Source of the DNA: an uncultured Alphaproteobacteria bacterium
Lineage (GTDB): Bacteria; Pseudomonadota; Alphaproteobacteria; Rs-D84
Direction of reading: 5' to 3'
Length of the DNA: 64,000 bases
Assembly: GCA_905234185.1 (NCBI GenBank)
Contig: CAJOGC010000005.1
Span: forward strand, 936 to 64,935
Numbering within the stretch: the first letter of the stretch is position 1; every line of letters starts with the position of its first letter. The position numbers and the translations under genes are program-made. Below the pieces are notes generated by a model. It was not told the DNA's origin. It saw only the letters and a list, made by a program, of their open reading frames with translations, and did no database searches. Of the stretch, positions 38,983 through 49,171 are shown piece by piece.

Positions 38983-40105
38983 TAAATTGATGCGTATTGA
39001 TATGGGCAGATTAAATACGAATCTGGCCCCGGATTATGATGACAAAGCCACACTTTGCCTGGGCATAGAATCGTCATGCGACGAAACATCGGCCGCAATT
39101 GTCGATTCTAACCGTAATATTTTGTCTCATATTATTTATTCACAAATTCCAGAACATCAGAAATATGGCGGCGTTGTGCCTGAATTGGCGGCACGCGCAC
39201 ATATATTAGCGATTGATGAAGTAATCAAAAGAACACTTGAAAACGCCGACAAAACGATAAATGACATCGATGTTATTGCGGCAACCGCGGGTCCGGGGTT
39301 GATTGGCGGTGTGTTGGTCGGCTGGATGGCGGCCACGGGTATTGCACAGGCAACCAACAAACCATTGGTTGCGGTGAATCATCTTGAAGGGCACGCACTG
39401 GTTCCACGTCTGCATGCGGCATCGGCGACCGGTATTGACGAAAAAACATCTGTGGAATTTCCTTACCTGCTTATGTTGGCATCGGGTGGTCATTGCCAAA
39501 TTTTACTGGTTCGTGGTGTTGGAAAATATGAATTAATCGGTCAAACGCTGGACGACAGTGCCGGCGAAGCATTTGACAAAGTTGCAAAAATGTTGGGACT
39601 TGGGTATCCCGGTGGGCCAATTGTTGATAAACGCGCCCAAATGGGCAACCCGAATGCGTTCGATTTCCCGCGCCCCCTATGCGACAAACCGGGATGCGAT
39701 TTTAGTTTTAGCGGTATAAAAACCGCAGCACGTGTATTTCTGGACCGTGTTTCGGAATCGGCGCGTGATGACAAATTTATAAATGATTTTTGTGCATCGT
39801 TCCAGGCATCCGTGGTTGATTGTATAATAAACCGACTGGGGCATGCATTTGCCGACAAACGCGTTCGTAGTGCGGCACCAAAAACACTTGTTGTGGCCGG
39901 TGGCGTTGCCAAAAACAGTGCTATTCGTGCCGCAATGGAAGCATTGGCACACAAACACAATGTTATCTTTGCCGCACCACCAATGAATTTATGTACAGAT
40001 AACGGCGCAATGATTGCATGGGCCGGACTGGAAAATTACCGCATCGGGAACATTGTGCGCGAACCGGTTGCACCCCGCCCCCGCTGGCCATTGACGGAAT
40101 TGTAA
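38972..40105 (+). CDS. tsaD: tRNA N6-adenosine threonylcarbamoyltransferase TsaD
   Basis: Motifs LGIESSCDETSAAIV, HLEGH and GGVAKN. Confidence 0.9.
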   Translation: MTNDKLMRIDMGRLNTNLAPDYDDKATLCLGIESSCDETSAAIVDSNRNILSHIIYSQIPEHQKYGGVVPELAARAHILAIDEVIKRTLENADKTINDIDVIAATAGPGLIGGVLVGWMAATGIAQATNKPLVAVNHLEGHALVPRLHAASATGIDEKTSVEFPYLLMLASGGHCQILLVRGVGKYELIGQTLDDSAGEAFDKVAKMLGLGYPGGPIVDKRAQMGNPNAFDFPRPLCDKPGCDFSFSGIKTAARVFLDRVSESARDDKFINDFCASFQASVVDCIINRLGHAFADKRVRSAAPKTLVVAGGVAKNSAIRAAMEALAHKHNVIFAAPPMNLCTDNGAMIAWAGLENYRIGNIVREPVAPRPRWPLTEL

Positions 40106-40143
40106 ACCTTGAATTTTTGTGGTTTTGTGTTATAATTCAACAC

Positions 40144-40632
40144 ATGACAAAATCTGAAGAATTTTATGCCGGCATAAACAAATTGGCTGATTATGACAAC
40201 CAGTCTAAACAGTTGATGTTGTACGCAATGGAATTTAGCGATGTTTACAACGCGCGCTTTACTTTGCCAGAAATGGTATATCTGTTGCGCAACGCGTACA
40301 AGGAACGGCTGACCCATTCAGCGGTTCTGGGCGAAAAATTTATGCGACCAAACACCGATCCAACAAGTGGTTTTTGTTTAATAACAAGTTATCTTATATA
40401 CACACTGACCGGTGGCGAAAATGTGTGGGAAATACATGGCGCCCGTCCATTGCATTGGTGGTTGTATCACAAACAAACCGGTAAAATTTTTGATATAACA
40501 TATTCTCAATTCAAACCAACAATGTTGCATAACCTGTACCAAAACGGGTCTGTTTTTCATCCAGATGAACAATTGACCGAAATGTTGAAACAACGCGCCA
40601 AAACATTGGCGCATCGCGCGGGGCTGGAATAA
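40144..40632 (+). CDS. Hypothetical 163-aa protein
   Basis: ORF only. Confidence 0.4.
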   Translation: MTKSEEFYAGINKLADYDNQSKQLMLYAMEFSDVYNARFTLPEMVYLLRNAYKERLTHSAVLGEKFMRPNTDPTSGFCLITSYLIYTLTGGENVWEIHGARPLHWWLYHKQTGKIFDITYSQFKPTMLHNLYQNGSVFHPDEQLTEMLKQRAKTLAHRAGLE

Positions 40633-40633
40633 A

Positions 40634-41866
40634 ATGCAACGGCCAGAACCCGCCATTTCACCAAATACCATTTTCAGCGTTTCTGACGCATCTGCATTAC
40701 TCAAAGGCGTCGTAGAAACCGCGTTTCCACGTATAAAAATTCGTGGTGAACTGTCACAAATTACGCGCGCGACTTCGGGACATATGTACATGACGATAAA
40801 AGATTCCGGGGCCGCAATTTCTATGATTATATGGCGCGGCACCCCGGTTGCTTTTAAGTTGGAAGAAGGACTAGAGGTCATAGTCACCGGCCGTTTCACA
40901 ACATATCCCGCACGCAGCAATTATCAAATTGTGGTCAGCGAAATTGAAATGGCGGGCGTCGGCGCAATTCTTAAAATGCTGGAAGAACGAAAGCAAAAAT
41001 TATCCCGCGAAGGATTATTCGACGCATCGCGTAAAAAGCCCCTGCCACGTCTGCCACAAACAATCGGTGTCGTGACCAGTCCGACCGGTGCCGCGTTCCA
41101 AGATATTCAGAATCGTCTGCGCGAACGGTTCCCTGTTCATGTATTGCTGTACCCCGCCACGGTCCAAGGGGCAACCGCCGCAACCGAGGTTGCCGCCGGA
41201 ATTGAATATTTCAACCGCATGAATAATGTCGATGTCATTATTGTCGCGCGCGGTGGCGGCGCACTGGAAGACTTGTTGCCGTTTTCCGAAGAAATTGTTG
41301 TTCGTGCCGCCGCGGCAAGTCACATTCCGTTGATTTCCGGTGTTGGGCACGAACCTGATTGGATGCTTATTGATTTTGCGGCCGATGTGCGCGCGCCAAC
41401 ACCAACCGGCGCCGCAGAAATGGTTGTGCCAACGAAACTGGCGTTAACCCAGGAAATTGATAATTTATGGCATCGGTTATCAGGCGCATTTATGACCCGA
41501 TTGGGACATGCCAAACAACGCATCGAATCTATTAATATAAAAAGTCCGCACCAGGTTATTATGGAACATCAGCAACGCGTTGATGACACCGCACGAACAA
41601 TGGATATACTTATGTCTACAAAAATACAAAACGCACATCAAAAAATGGCGTTGTTTATCGGGTTTGATAACATCTTAGACCAACGAATGGGCGCGATGGC
41701 TCAATCAATTACGCACATGGGGCAAATGCTAAATAGTTTAAGTTATAAGAGTGTTCTGTCCCGCGGATACGCGATTGTTCGCGACAGTAAAAACAAAATT
41801 ATTACGCGCAGTGACGGCGCCACCCCCGCCAGCATTGAATTCACTGATGGAGTGTTGAAGTTATAA
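40634..41866 (+). CDS. xseA: Exodeoxyribonuclease VII large subunit
   Basis: OB-fold N-terminus (…VSDASALLKGVVETAFPRIKIRGELSQ…) followed by the catalytic domain. Confidence 0.88.
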   Translation: MQRPEPAISPNTIFSVSDASALLKGVVETAFPRIKIRGELSQITRATSGHMYMTIKDSGAAISMIIWRGTPVAFKLEEGLEVIVTGRFTTYPARSNYQIVVSEIEMAGVGAILKMLEERKQKLSREGLFDASRKKPLPRLPQTIGVVTSPTGAAFQDIQNRLRERFPVHVLLYPATVQGATAATEVAAGIEYFNRMNNVDVIIVARGGGALEDLLPFSEEIVVRAAAASHIPLISGVGHEPDWMLIDFAADVRAPTPTGAAEMVVPTKLALTQEIDNLWHRLSGAFMTRLGHAKQRIESINIKSPHQVIMEHQQRVDDTARTMDILMSTKIQNAHQKMALFIGFDNILDQRMGAMAQSITHMGQMLNSLSYKSVLSRGYAIVRDSKNKIITRSDGATPASIEFTDGVLKL

Positions 41867-41876
41867 GGGGGGCAAC

Positions 41877-42269
41877 ATGATTTACACGGGCTATTGGGCA
41901 AAAATCAATGACTATATTGCCGATGAACTAACGCCGGTTGGTATTTCCGGTTGGTCGCCAGATGGGTATACTGGTAAGACATATAAGAAACTGGCCCCGA
42001 AATATTCGTGGTGGCACGAATGGCATGACAAAAACTTGTCCGAACAATGGTACACAAAGAAATATTATGAAACGGTGTTAGACAAATTAAATCCTGATGC
42101 GATCGCAAACGAATTACAAACACTTGGCAAAAATGTTGTATTGCTCTGTTTTGAATCCCCAGACAAATTCTGTCATCGACATATTGTCGCAAAGTGGTTG
42201 TCTGAAAAAGCAAATATAACTGTTATGGAATATAAATTTTTATCGAAACAAGCACAACTAAAACTGTAA
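41877..42269 (+). CDS. DUF488-family protein
   Basis: 130 aa with the characteristic LLCFESPDKFCHRHIVAKWL motif. Confidence 0.65.
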   Translation: MIYTGYWAKINDYIADELTPVGISGWSPDGYTGKTYKKLAPKYSWWHEWHDKNLSEQWYTKKYYETVLDKLNPDAIANELQTLGKNVVLLCFESPDKFCHRHIVAKWLSEKANITVMEYKFLSKQAQLKL

Positions 42270-43919
42270 TTACTTAATCAATGTTTTTGCGGTGGCAATG
42301 GATTCAGGTGTTATTTCCGCACCACTTATTATCCGCGCAACCTCAGCCACCCGTTCGTCCCCGGTGATTTCGCACACAGTTGTTGTTGTCTTATTATCAC
42401 GAACACTTTTTTCAATCTTGAAATGATGATCGGCAAAACCGGCAACCTGGGCAGAATGCGTGACGACCAATGCCTGGGCAGATTCTGCTAGTTTATTTAA
42501 ACGCAATCCGACCGCCGATGCGGTCGCGCCACTGATTCCCGTATCAACCTCGTCAAAAACGAATGTATGTGCACCGGTATCCGTTATTAAGACAACACGC
42601 ATCGCCAACATTAAGCGTGCCAATTCCCCACCAGATGCCGATTTATGCAGTGGTGCAAATGGCGACCCGGGATTTGTTTTTATCATAAATGTGATGTCAT
42701 CAACACCGGTCGCAGTTGGATCAGTTTCCATCCGTTCAACCATAAAATCTGCGTTGCCTAACTTAAGGTCAGGAAATTCACCCCGTAAACGCTTTCTTAA
42801 TTCTTCGGCAGCAGCCAATCGCGCCGTGGTTAATTTAGATGCACACGCGTCAAATTTCGCACGAAAAACATCAACATCATGCGTAAGTTTCTTTAATGCC
42901 GCATCGGAATTATCAATTGTTTCCAGTTGTGCGGACATTTGATTCAATTTTTCAGGCAGTTCATCCGCAGAAACACGATGCTTTCGCGCGGCCGCACGAA
43001 TAGCAAATAATCTTTCCTCGATTTCATCAACACTGGTCATATCCATGTCGGGCGTTGTCACGTGCGCGGCAACATCCGCCAATACGTCCGCCACTTCGTA
43101 AAGTTTTTCGATTTGGTCCGCATATGGGTTTGGTTCGGTCTTTATTCTTTCCAAAATGTGCGCCACATCAAATACAAAAGAATCCAGTGATTTACCATTC
43201 GGATTCATCGCCGCATTCGCTTCAGATACAATTGCTGCGTTTTTTTCCGCGTTCATAATCGCAGTGCGTTTGTCGGATAATTCAGATTCTTCCCCGGTTC
43301 GCACATTAAGCGCACGCAATTCCGCGACATTGTGTTCAAGATATTCGCGCTCGTCCGCCGCACGTGCAACTATTTCGCGCAATTCGTGCAATCGTAAATC
43401 CGCAGCGTGATATTCGCCGTACGCGTTGTGCGTGTCCGTCAACAAATTGGAATACCCAGGAATATTAGCAATGGCAAATTCATCCAGTGCCGCAAGGTGT
43501 GTTGATTGGTCCAACAAGCGATGATTCGCAAATTGGCCGTGTATTTCCACCAATCCATCGCCAACAACATGCAATACCCTGACCGACACCGGAATATCGT
43601 TTATCCATGCGCGACTTTTGCCGTCCGCCGACAATGTGCGACGCAAAATAAGATTATCGTCCGCATCGATGCCATTTTCGGTCAAAATCGCACGAACAGC
43701 ATCGGGGACATTATCAAATTCCGCGGATACCGATGCCACATCACACCCAGAACGCACCAATCCCACATCCGAACGCGCACCCAGTGCCAATGACAACGCG
43801 TCCAACAAAATACTTTTACCCGCGCCGGTTTCACCAGTCAAAATATTAAGCCCCACGCCGAATTCTATGTTCAGTTTTTCAATTAATACTATATTAGAAA
43901 TGTTTAGTGCGGTTAACAT
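42270..43919 (-). CDS. recN: DNA repair protein RecN (SMC-like ATPase)
   Basis: Walker A GETGAGKS. Coiled-coil middle region. C-terminal signature and Walker B. Confidence 0.9.
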   Translation of the reverse strand: MLTALNISNIVLIEKLNIEFGVGLNILTGETGAGKSILLDALSLALGARSDVGLVRSGCDVASVSAEFDNVPDAVRAILTENGIDADDNLILRRTLSADGKSRAWINDIPVSVRVLHVVGDGLVEIHGQFANHRLLDQSTHLAALDEFAIANIPGYSNLLTDTHNAYGEYHAADLRLHELREIVARAADEREYLEHNVAELRALNVRTGEESELSDKRTAIMNAEKNAAIVSEANAAMNPNGKSLDSFVFDVAHILERIKTEPNPYADQIEKLYEVADVLADVAAHVTTPDMDMTSVDEIEERLFAIRAAARKHRVSADELPEKLNQMSAQLETIDNSDAALKKLTHDVDVFRAKFDACASKLTTARLAAAEELRKRLRGEFPDLKLGNADFMVERMETDPTATGVDDITFMIKTNPGSPFAPLHKSASGGELARLMLAMRVVLITDTGAHTFVFDEVDTGISGATASAVGLRLNKLAESAQALVVTHSAQVAGFADHHFKIEKSVRDNKTTTTVCEITGDERVAEVARIISGAEITPESIATAKTLIK

Positions 43920-43961
43920 GCCGGAATTATACCCAAATCACCATGAAAAATTCAAGGATTT

Positions 43962-44405
43962 TTACAGTTTTTCCAACACCCAATCATGCAACCACAAAAT
44001 ACATGTCTCGATTTGGTATTCTGGGTATATTTGATGCATCAGTTTTTCGTATTCGGTTAACTGCGCAACATATTTATCACGACGCGCACGCTTATCTATG
44101 TCTGTTTTATAATCCAGGATACGAACTATTTTATTTAGATCGTCTATGACCAAACGATCAATACGGCGACTTACAAATTCACCATTTATGATGCCCGCGA
44201 CCGGAACCTCTGTTCGTGCGTTTTCGACAAAAAACACCGATAAACCATCACATGATTTTACATGATTTTCAAGTTCACAATCTACTTTACCACAATCAGA
44301 TAATGTACGAACAAATGCCAATTTTTTATGCATTTCGTTTCCGGAATCTGTTGCGTATTTTATCGCATCATATTCATCTAAAAGTTCGGTTAAATTATTT
44401 GCCAT
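43962..44405 (-). CDS. addA: RecB-family (PD-(D/E)xK) nuclease domain, produced as a separate 147-aa ORF. Presumed C-terminal nuclease of AddA
   Basis: Motifs …GIINGEFVSRRIDRLVID…ILDYKTD… Its start overlaps the helicase ORF stop (ATGGCAAATAA). Confidence 0.7.
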   Translation of the reverse strand: MANNLTELLDEYDAIKYATDSGNEMHKKLAFVRTLSDCGKVDCELENHVKSCDGLSVFFVENARTEVPVAGIINGEFVSRRIDRLVIDDLNKIVRILDYKTDIDKRARRDKYVAQLTEYEKLMHQIYPEYQIETCILWLHDWVLEKL

Positions 44406-47046
44406 GTATTATCCTGATGTTATCTTCTTTGACAACCGCATCGCCGAGTGTTCCAAGCGCATCCCACAGCAATGCGTACCATGATTTTTCGTTCGCGTTC
44501 TTGTCCGATGTATGCCCATAGATATAAAGTTCATCCCGGGCGCGCGTCATTGCAACATAAAGCAACCTGTAATATTCGGCAAAACGAATATTCGACAGTG
44601 CGTCTGTTGCGGTTTCAAGATTTACGCTGGGTACCTGGCGTGGAACCCAAAGCCATGCCGGCGGTATATTTGGATCATATTCCATATCTTTTGGCATTAT
44701 GTCCGATGTTATTGGGACAACATTATCGCCCCGCGGAACCCGCAGGGTATCAATCAGAAACACAACCGGTGCTTCCAGTCCCTTGCTGCCATGAACGGTC
44801 GCGATCCGAACACCGGTCGATGCATTTATATCGCGTTTTATTTCGGAACCACCGGTTATGAACCATTTAAGAAAATGTCGCAATGTGCCAGGCTGGGTCC
44901 GTTCGTATGACAGACACAGTGTCATAAATTCTTCTAAGGGGTCTATTACCTGGGGCCCCAATGCGGACACAAAACTTTCCCGCACACCGGAATCAAATAT
45001 CCTTGAAAAAAACGAGTATGGCGCCATGGATGCCGACATATCAACAATAGATTTCAATCGTCCATGCACATCCGGATATTTTTGTTCCAGAGCATCAAAA
45101 ACTGTCATTTCTGATGTATTACCGACGCCATTTTTTGCCGTATTTTTTATTTTACATAAATCAAAAATATCGGCTTCGGTCAATCTGAAAATTGGACTTT
45201 TCAACACACAACATAAACTATAATCATCGGCCGTATTAAGACAGAATCTAACAAGATTCATAAGATCGCGTATTGCCGGAAACATTGGCAAAATAATGCG
45301 GTCTGTGCCAGCAACTTCGATATTTCGTTTCTTTAATGCCGTGACCAAAGGAACCACCATTGGATTACGATGCTGGACAAGCACCATTATGTCCCCTGGT
45401 TTATATTTTCCAGCGTCAAGTATCGATTTTATTTTGTCTGCTATGATTGAAACATATTGCTGGGTGTCGATACCGTCACCTTTTTTGGACATCATTTTTT
45501 GTAATTCGACAAGTCCGTCACCATCGCCACGAAAACAGACGTGATTATTATTGTGAAACCCCGTTGTTGCAATTACATCCGGATTGCCAAAAAACTCGTC
45601 CACTGTATATAAAATCGATGGCAATGAACGGAAACTCTGTGTTAATGGTATTTCACTTATTGTCCGCAAATTAGCCTCTATTTGACGTTTTATATCGTCA
45701 CGACTGGCTGCAAAAGCGCGCGAATCCGCGCCCTGGAAACCATATATCGATTGTTTTGTGTCCCCCACTACAAACAATGTATGTATATCGTGTTTGGTAT
45801 CACCATTTACAAAAAAATCACCGACCAGCATACGCAAAATATCCCAATGCAACGGCGATGTATCCTGGGCTTCATCAACCAAGATATGTGACAACGAAAA
45901 ATTTAATTGCGACAGCACCCAACCCATAACATCCGGTTTGGAAAAAAGTTTGCGTGTGCATAACACCAAATCATCAAAATCCAGCAAATTGCGCTGACGC
46001 TTTATATCACGATAAATATTTGTAAATGCCGCGGCTAAATCAAACAGCGCAACCGAATTCATAAAAATGTCCGCATTTATGTTATATTGATCGACATCGA
46101 AAACACGCGATTGTTCGTTGATCAAAAAACCTTGTTTTTGTATATGTTTTATCGGAGTTCTGTCTTTTGTCAAATATGCCGTCTTGTATTCATCAAAATC
46201 TATTGTTTTATCAATATACTTTTTTGTTAAATCAAACACCTTCATAAGGTACGCCGGCTGATTACCATCCGCTTTTATCTTGGCATCCAAGAAATCTGCT
46301 ATTCCGCGCAGTTCAGATTCCGGTACATCTATAACAGGGACCGAATCCAGTTTAAGAAATTTTCGCGTTGTATCAATAAAGTATTTGCGATACTCTTCGA
46401 TATTATCAACCATAAAAAAGTATTCGTATTGTTCGCTTAAAGTTTTCAGCAAAAGAGAAAGTCGTTGTTCACTTAACACATTCACAATACGCGCGAACGC
46501 ATCGCCAACACGACCATATTTAGCTGGTTCCAAATCAGACGCGTTTATAAGACGATCAAATGCCTCGTACTGCAAAACACGTTGATTCACATCAGACACC
46601 AATGTCCATGATGGGGATATGCCCGCCTCTAGCGGGAAGCGGCGCAATATTTCTTCGCAAAAACTGTGTATCGTTTTGATTTCAAGATTATCCGGATGAT
46701 CGATATACCAAAAGAAAACAGATCGTGCATGAGCAATATCATCAGCCGTCGCAGGTTTATTAAGCGCAACATCTTTCAATAATTCCACTAATTCTTCATC
46801 TGAGGCAACCGCCCAATCCCGCAATGCCCGCAAAATACGGTTGCGCATTTCACCCGCCCCGGCATTAGTGTATGTAAGGCATAATATTCCACTGTGTTCG
46901 ATATCATCAGATCTGAACAAAATTCGCAATAACCGCTGGACCAGAACACTTGTTTTGCCGGTACCAGCATTCGCCTGGACCCACACATTTCTGGACGGAT
47001 CCGCGGCATTGTCTTGTTCCGGTGATAATTCTGGTTTTTTGTTCAT
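44395..47046 (-). CDS. addA: UvrD-like SF1 helicase corresponding to the AddA N-terminal 880 aa
   Basis: Motifs GTGKTSVLVQRL and TIHSFC plus UvrD helicase motifs. No addB adjacent. Confidence 0.82.
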   Translation of the reverse strand: MNKKPELSPEQDNAADPSRNVWVQANAGTGKTSVLVQRLLRILFRSDDIEHSGILCLTYTNAGAGEMRNRILRALRDWAVASDEELVELLKDVALNKPATADDIAHARSVFFWYIDHPDNLEIKTIHSFCEEILRRFPLEAGISPSWTLVSDVNQRVLQYEAFDRLINASDLEPAKYGRVGDAFARIVNVLSEQRLSLLLKTLSEQYEYFFMVDNIEEYRKYFIDTTRKFLKLDSVPVIDVPESELRGIADFLDAKIKADGNQPAYLMKVFDLTKKYIDKTIDFDEYKTAYLTKDRTPIKHIQKQGFLINEQSRVFDVDQYNINADIFMNSVALFDLAAAFTNIYRDIKRQRNLLDFDDLVLCTRKLFSKPDVMGWVLSQLNFSLSHILVDEAQDTSPLHWDILRMLVGDFFVNGDTKHDIHTLFVVGDTKQSIYGFQGADSRAFAASRDDIKRQIEANLRTISEIPLTQSFRSLPSILYTVDEFFGNPDVIATTGFHNNNHVCFRGDGDGLVELQKMMSKKGDGIDTQQYVSIIADKIKSILDAGKYKPGDIMVLVQHRNPMVVPLVTALKKRNIEVAGTDRIILPMFPAIRDLMNLVRFCLNTADDYSLCCVLKSPIFRLTEADIFDLCKIKNTAKNGVGNTSEMTVFDALEQKYPDVHGRLKSIVDMSASMAPYSFFSRIFDSGVRESFVSALGPQVIDPLEEFMTLCLSYERTQPGTLRHFLKWFITGGSEIKRDINASTGVRIATVHGSKGLEAPVVFLIDTLRVPRGDNVVPITSDIMPKDMEYDPNIPPAWLWVPRQVPSVNLETATDALSNIRFAEYYRLLYVAMTRARDELYIYGHTSDKNANEKSWYALLWDALGTLGDAVVKEDNIRIIHGK

Positions 47047-47141
47047 TTATGCCCTTGCTTTATGAAAAAGATTCTAGTATAAATCATTACGAACTGCAAG
47101 AGCGATATTACATATCGTTAATATTTCGGGGGGAAAGACAA

Positions 47142-49079
47142 ATGGAAGGTGTTTTATCAAGCAATATTTTCGTGTATATTTGTGGTGGATTAGGATTTTT
47201 ATTAATAATCGCGTTAATCGCATTGTTTTTCATTTCACGCAAATCTCAACTGGTTATGCAATCTTTATTGGATATTATGTTGCGCCCAGAAAGTGCGCGC
47301 GTTGGCGACGCGACCCGTGTATTAAACTCCATTATGGCCACGGAAATCGCAAAAATAGAACAAAATTTTCGCATAATGTGCGAAACCATGAACGGTCAAA
47401 TCGCACATGCAAACGAACTTGAAAACCAACTGACCAAGCAAAACGAAAAATTGCTGTCTTTGGCCGACGCGGCGACAAAAAAAATGGCCCAGATGTCCGA
47501 CAGATTGGACAACACGCTTAACGGTATGAATACGATTGTCGGTTCACAGTCATGGAATGATGTCACAAATGCATCAGACCGGTTTTCGACCAATGTCAAT
47601 GAGTTGCTTAATAAAATTGATAAAACAACGAACGATACAACCGACCGCATCACCCAGATTCAACAGCAAATAGATTCCTGGGTTGAAACCAGCACCGATT
47701 TAAGTGGCCGGCTGGGCACTGAATTTGAATCTAATGCGACCCAGATGACCGATATCACACAAAAAGCGGCAACAATGCAACAACAACTTGAATCTTTGGC
47801 GCAGACGACCGCGGACGGGTTCACAAATGTCAAAAATGCATCGGCCGAATATACCGATATCATGGAAAAGAATAATGAAATGCTGGATAACCATCTTAAT
47901 AAACTTGATGCATTTTCCAAAATGTCAAAAAAACAGTTAGCCAGTCAAACAAATATTATAACCAACACCGCAAATGTTGTCGCCGGCCAGGTCCGACTGA
48001 CCGAGACATCCATTGAAAAACAAATTCGCAAATTATCCGACGCTGTTGACGCTTTGACCGCGTCCGCCACAGAAACCGAGGGGTCTGTGCGTGGGCTATC
48101 AACCGAATTAACCAATTTAACCAATCGGTTCAACCACGAAATCAAAGACTTTGCAACAGAAGTTGTTTCGGAATTAAAGACCGTGTCCGGGGTCGCAAAT
48201 ATTACACTTGAAAACACAAAAACCGCGGCAAACGCGTTTTCAGAGTCTGTTCGCACAATGGGAACCGGTGTCCGCGAAACTTTGATTGAAATGAATACCG
48301 CGCACACACAATTAACAGGCCAATCAGAAACGCTGATTAAAATGTCACGTGAAACCACGGAACAATTGCAACCACTGTCTGAACTTATCGAAAAGTATTA
48401 CGCCGCCCTGCCCGACCTGTCGCGTGATTCCGTGGCTGCGGGTGAAACGCTTGGTCGAATTGTCGCAGAATTAAATACCAGTATGGAAATGATGAAATCC
48501 ACGGTTAATGAATCAACCGATGCAATTTCCAAGTCGGCAACTCAGTTAGAAGAACTGGCCGGCGATTCAAGACAGCAAATGATTGATTTAATGTCGGACT
48601 ATGCCAAGGCCGTTGACACCATGCAAACACTGAATAAACAGATGATGGTGGCACGCGCGACGGCACCTATGGACGCGATTAAATCCACCCCGACGGACAC
48701 CCAGTATGGCCGCGTGAGCACAAGCGATTTCATTAAACAAAGCGAAAAAGTTTTTGGAAAGTTGCACGAACAATCAATTGATTTAACACGCGCGACCGGC
48801 GTCGACATCCCAGACAATATATGGAAGGCATATCATGACGGCGATACCGCTATATTTTCCAAATGGTTGGCTAAAATGCTAACCGCGGCGGATAAAAAGC
48901 AAATCCGTGACATGTTGAAACGCGACAGTGTTTTCCGGTCCCAGTCGTCACAATTTGTACGCAGTTTTGATAAAATAATGTCTGCATCGGAATCTGTGGA
49001 CAACGCAGAAAAAGTTGCGACGGCGTTGCTAAAAACCGACCTGGGACGGATTTATACCGCACTGAAGGGAAACATCTGA
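47142..49079 (+). CDS. Membrane-anchored long coiled-coil protein (645 aa)
   Basis: N-terminal TM (IFVYICGGLGFLLIIALIALFFI) followed by about 600 aa of heptad-like Q/N/T/L-rich sequence. RBS GGGAAAG. Confidence 0.55.
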   Translation: MEGVLSSNIFVYICGGLGFLLIIALIALFFISRKSQLVMQSLLDIMLRPESARVGDATRVLNSIMATEIAKIEQNFRIMCETMNGQIAHANELENQLTKQNEKLLSLADAATKKMAQMSDRLDNTLNGMNTIVGSQSWNDVTNASDRFSTNVNELLNKIDKTTNDTTDRITQIQQQIDSWVETSTDLSGRLGTEFESNATQMTDITQKAATMQQQLESLAQTTADGFTNVKNASAEYTDIMEKNNEMLDNHLNKLDAFSKMSKKQLASQTNIITNTANVVAGQVRLTETSIEKQIRKLSDAVDALTASATETEGSVRGLSTELTNLTNRFNHEIKDFATEVVSELKTVSGVANITLENTKTAANAFSESVRTMGTGVRETLIEMNTAHTQLTGQSETLIKMSRETTEQLQPLSELIEKYYAALPDLSRDSVAAGETLGRIVAELNTSMEMMKSTVNESTDAISKSATQLEELAGDSRQQMIDLMSDYAKAVDTMQTLNKQMMVARATAPMDAIKSTPTDTQYGRVSTSDFIKQSEKVFGKLHEQSIDLTRATGVDIPDNIWKAYHDGDTAIFSKWLAKMLTAADKKQIRDMLKRDSVFRSQSSQFVRSFDKIMSASESVDNAEKVATALLKTDLGRIYTALKGNI

Positions 49080-49171
49080 TTATTATTCCTGTAAATTCGG
49101 CACAAAACAACATTATTCGACAATTTCATCGGATGTGTTGTTTTTGATATTTAAGTTGACAAAATGCATAT

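Noticed and set aside
46950-47141. N-terminal 64-aa extension of the coiled-coil protein ORF (start at 46950)
   Set aside because: The extension overlaps the addA start region. An internal ATG at 47142 has a good RBS (GGGAAAG) and is immediately followed by the TM segment, so the shorter start is preferred.
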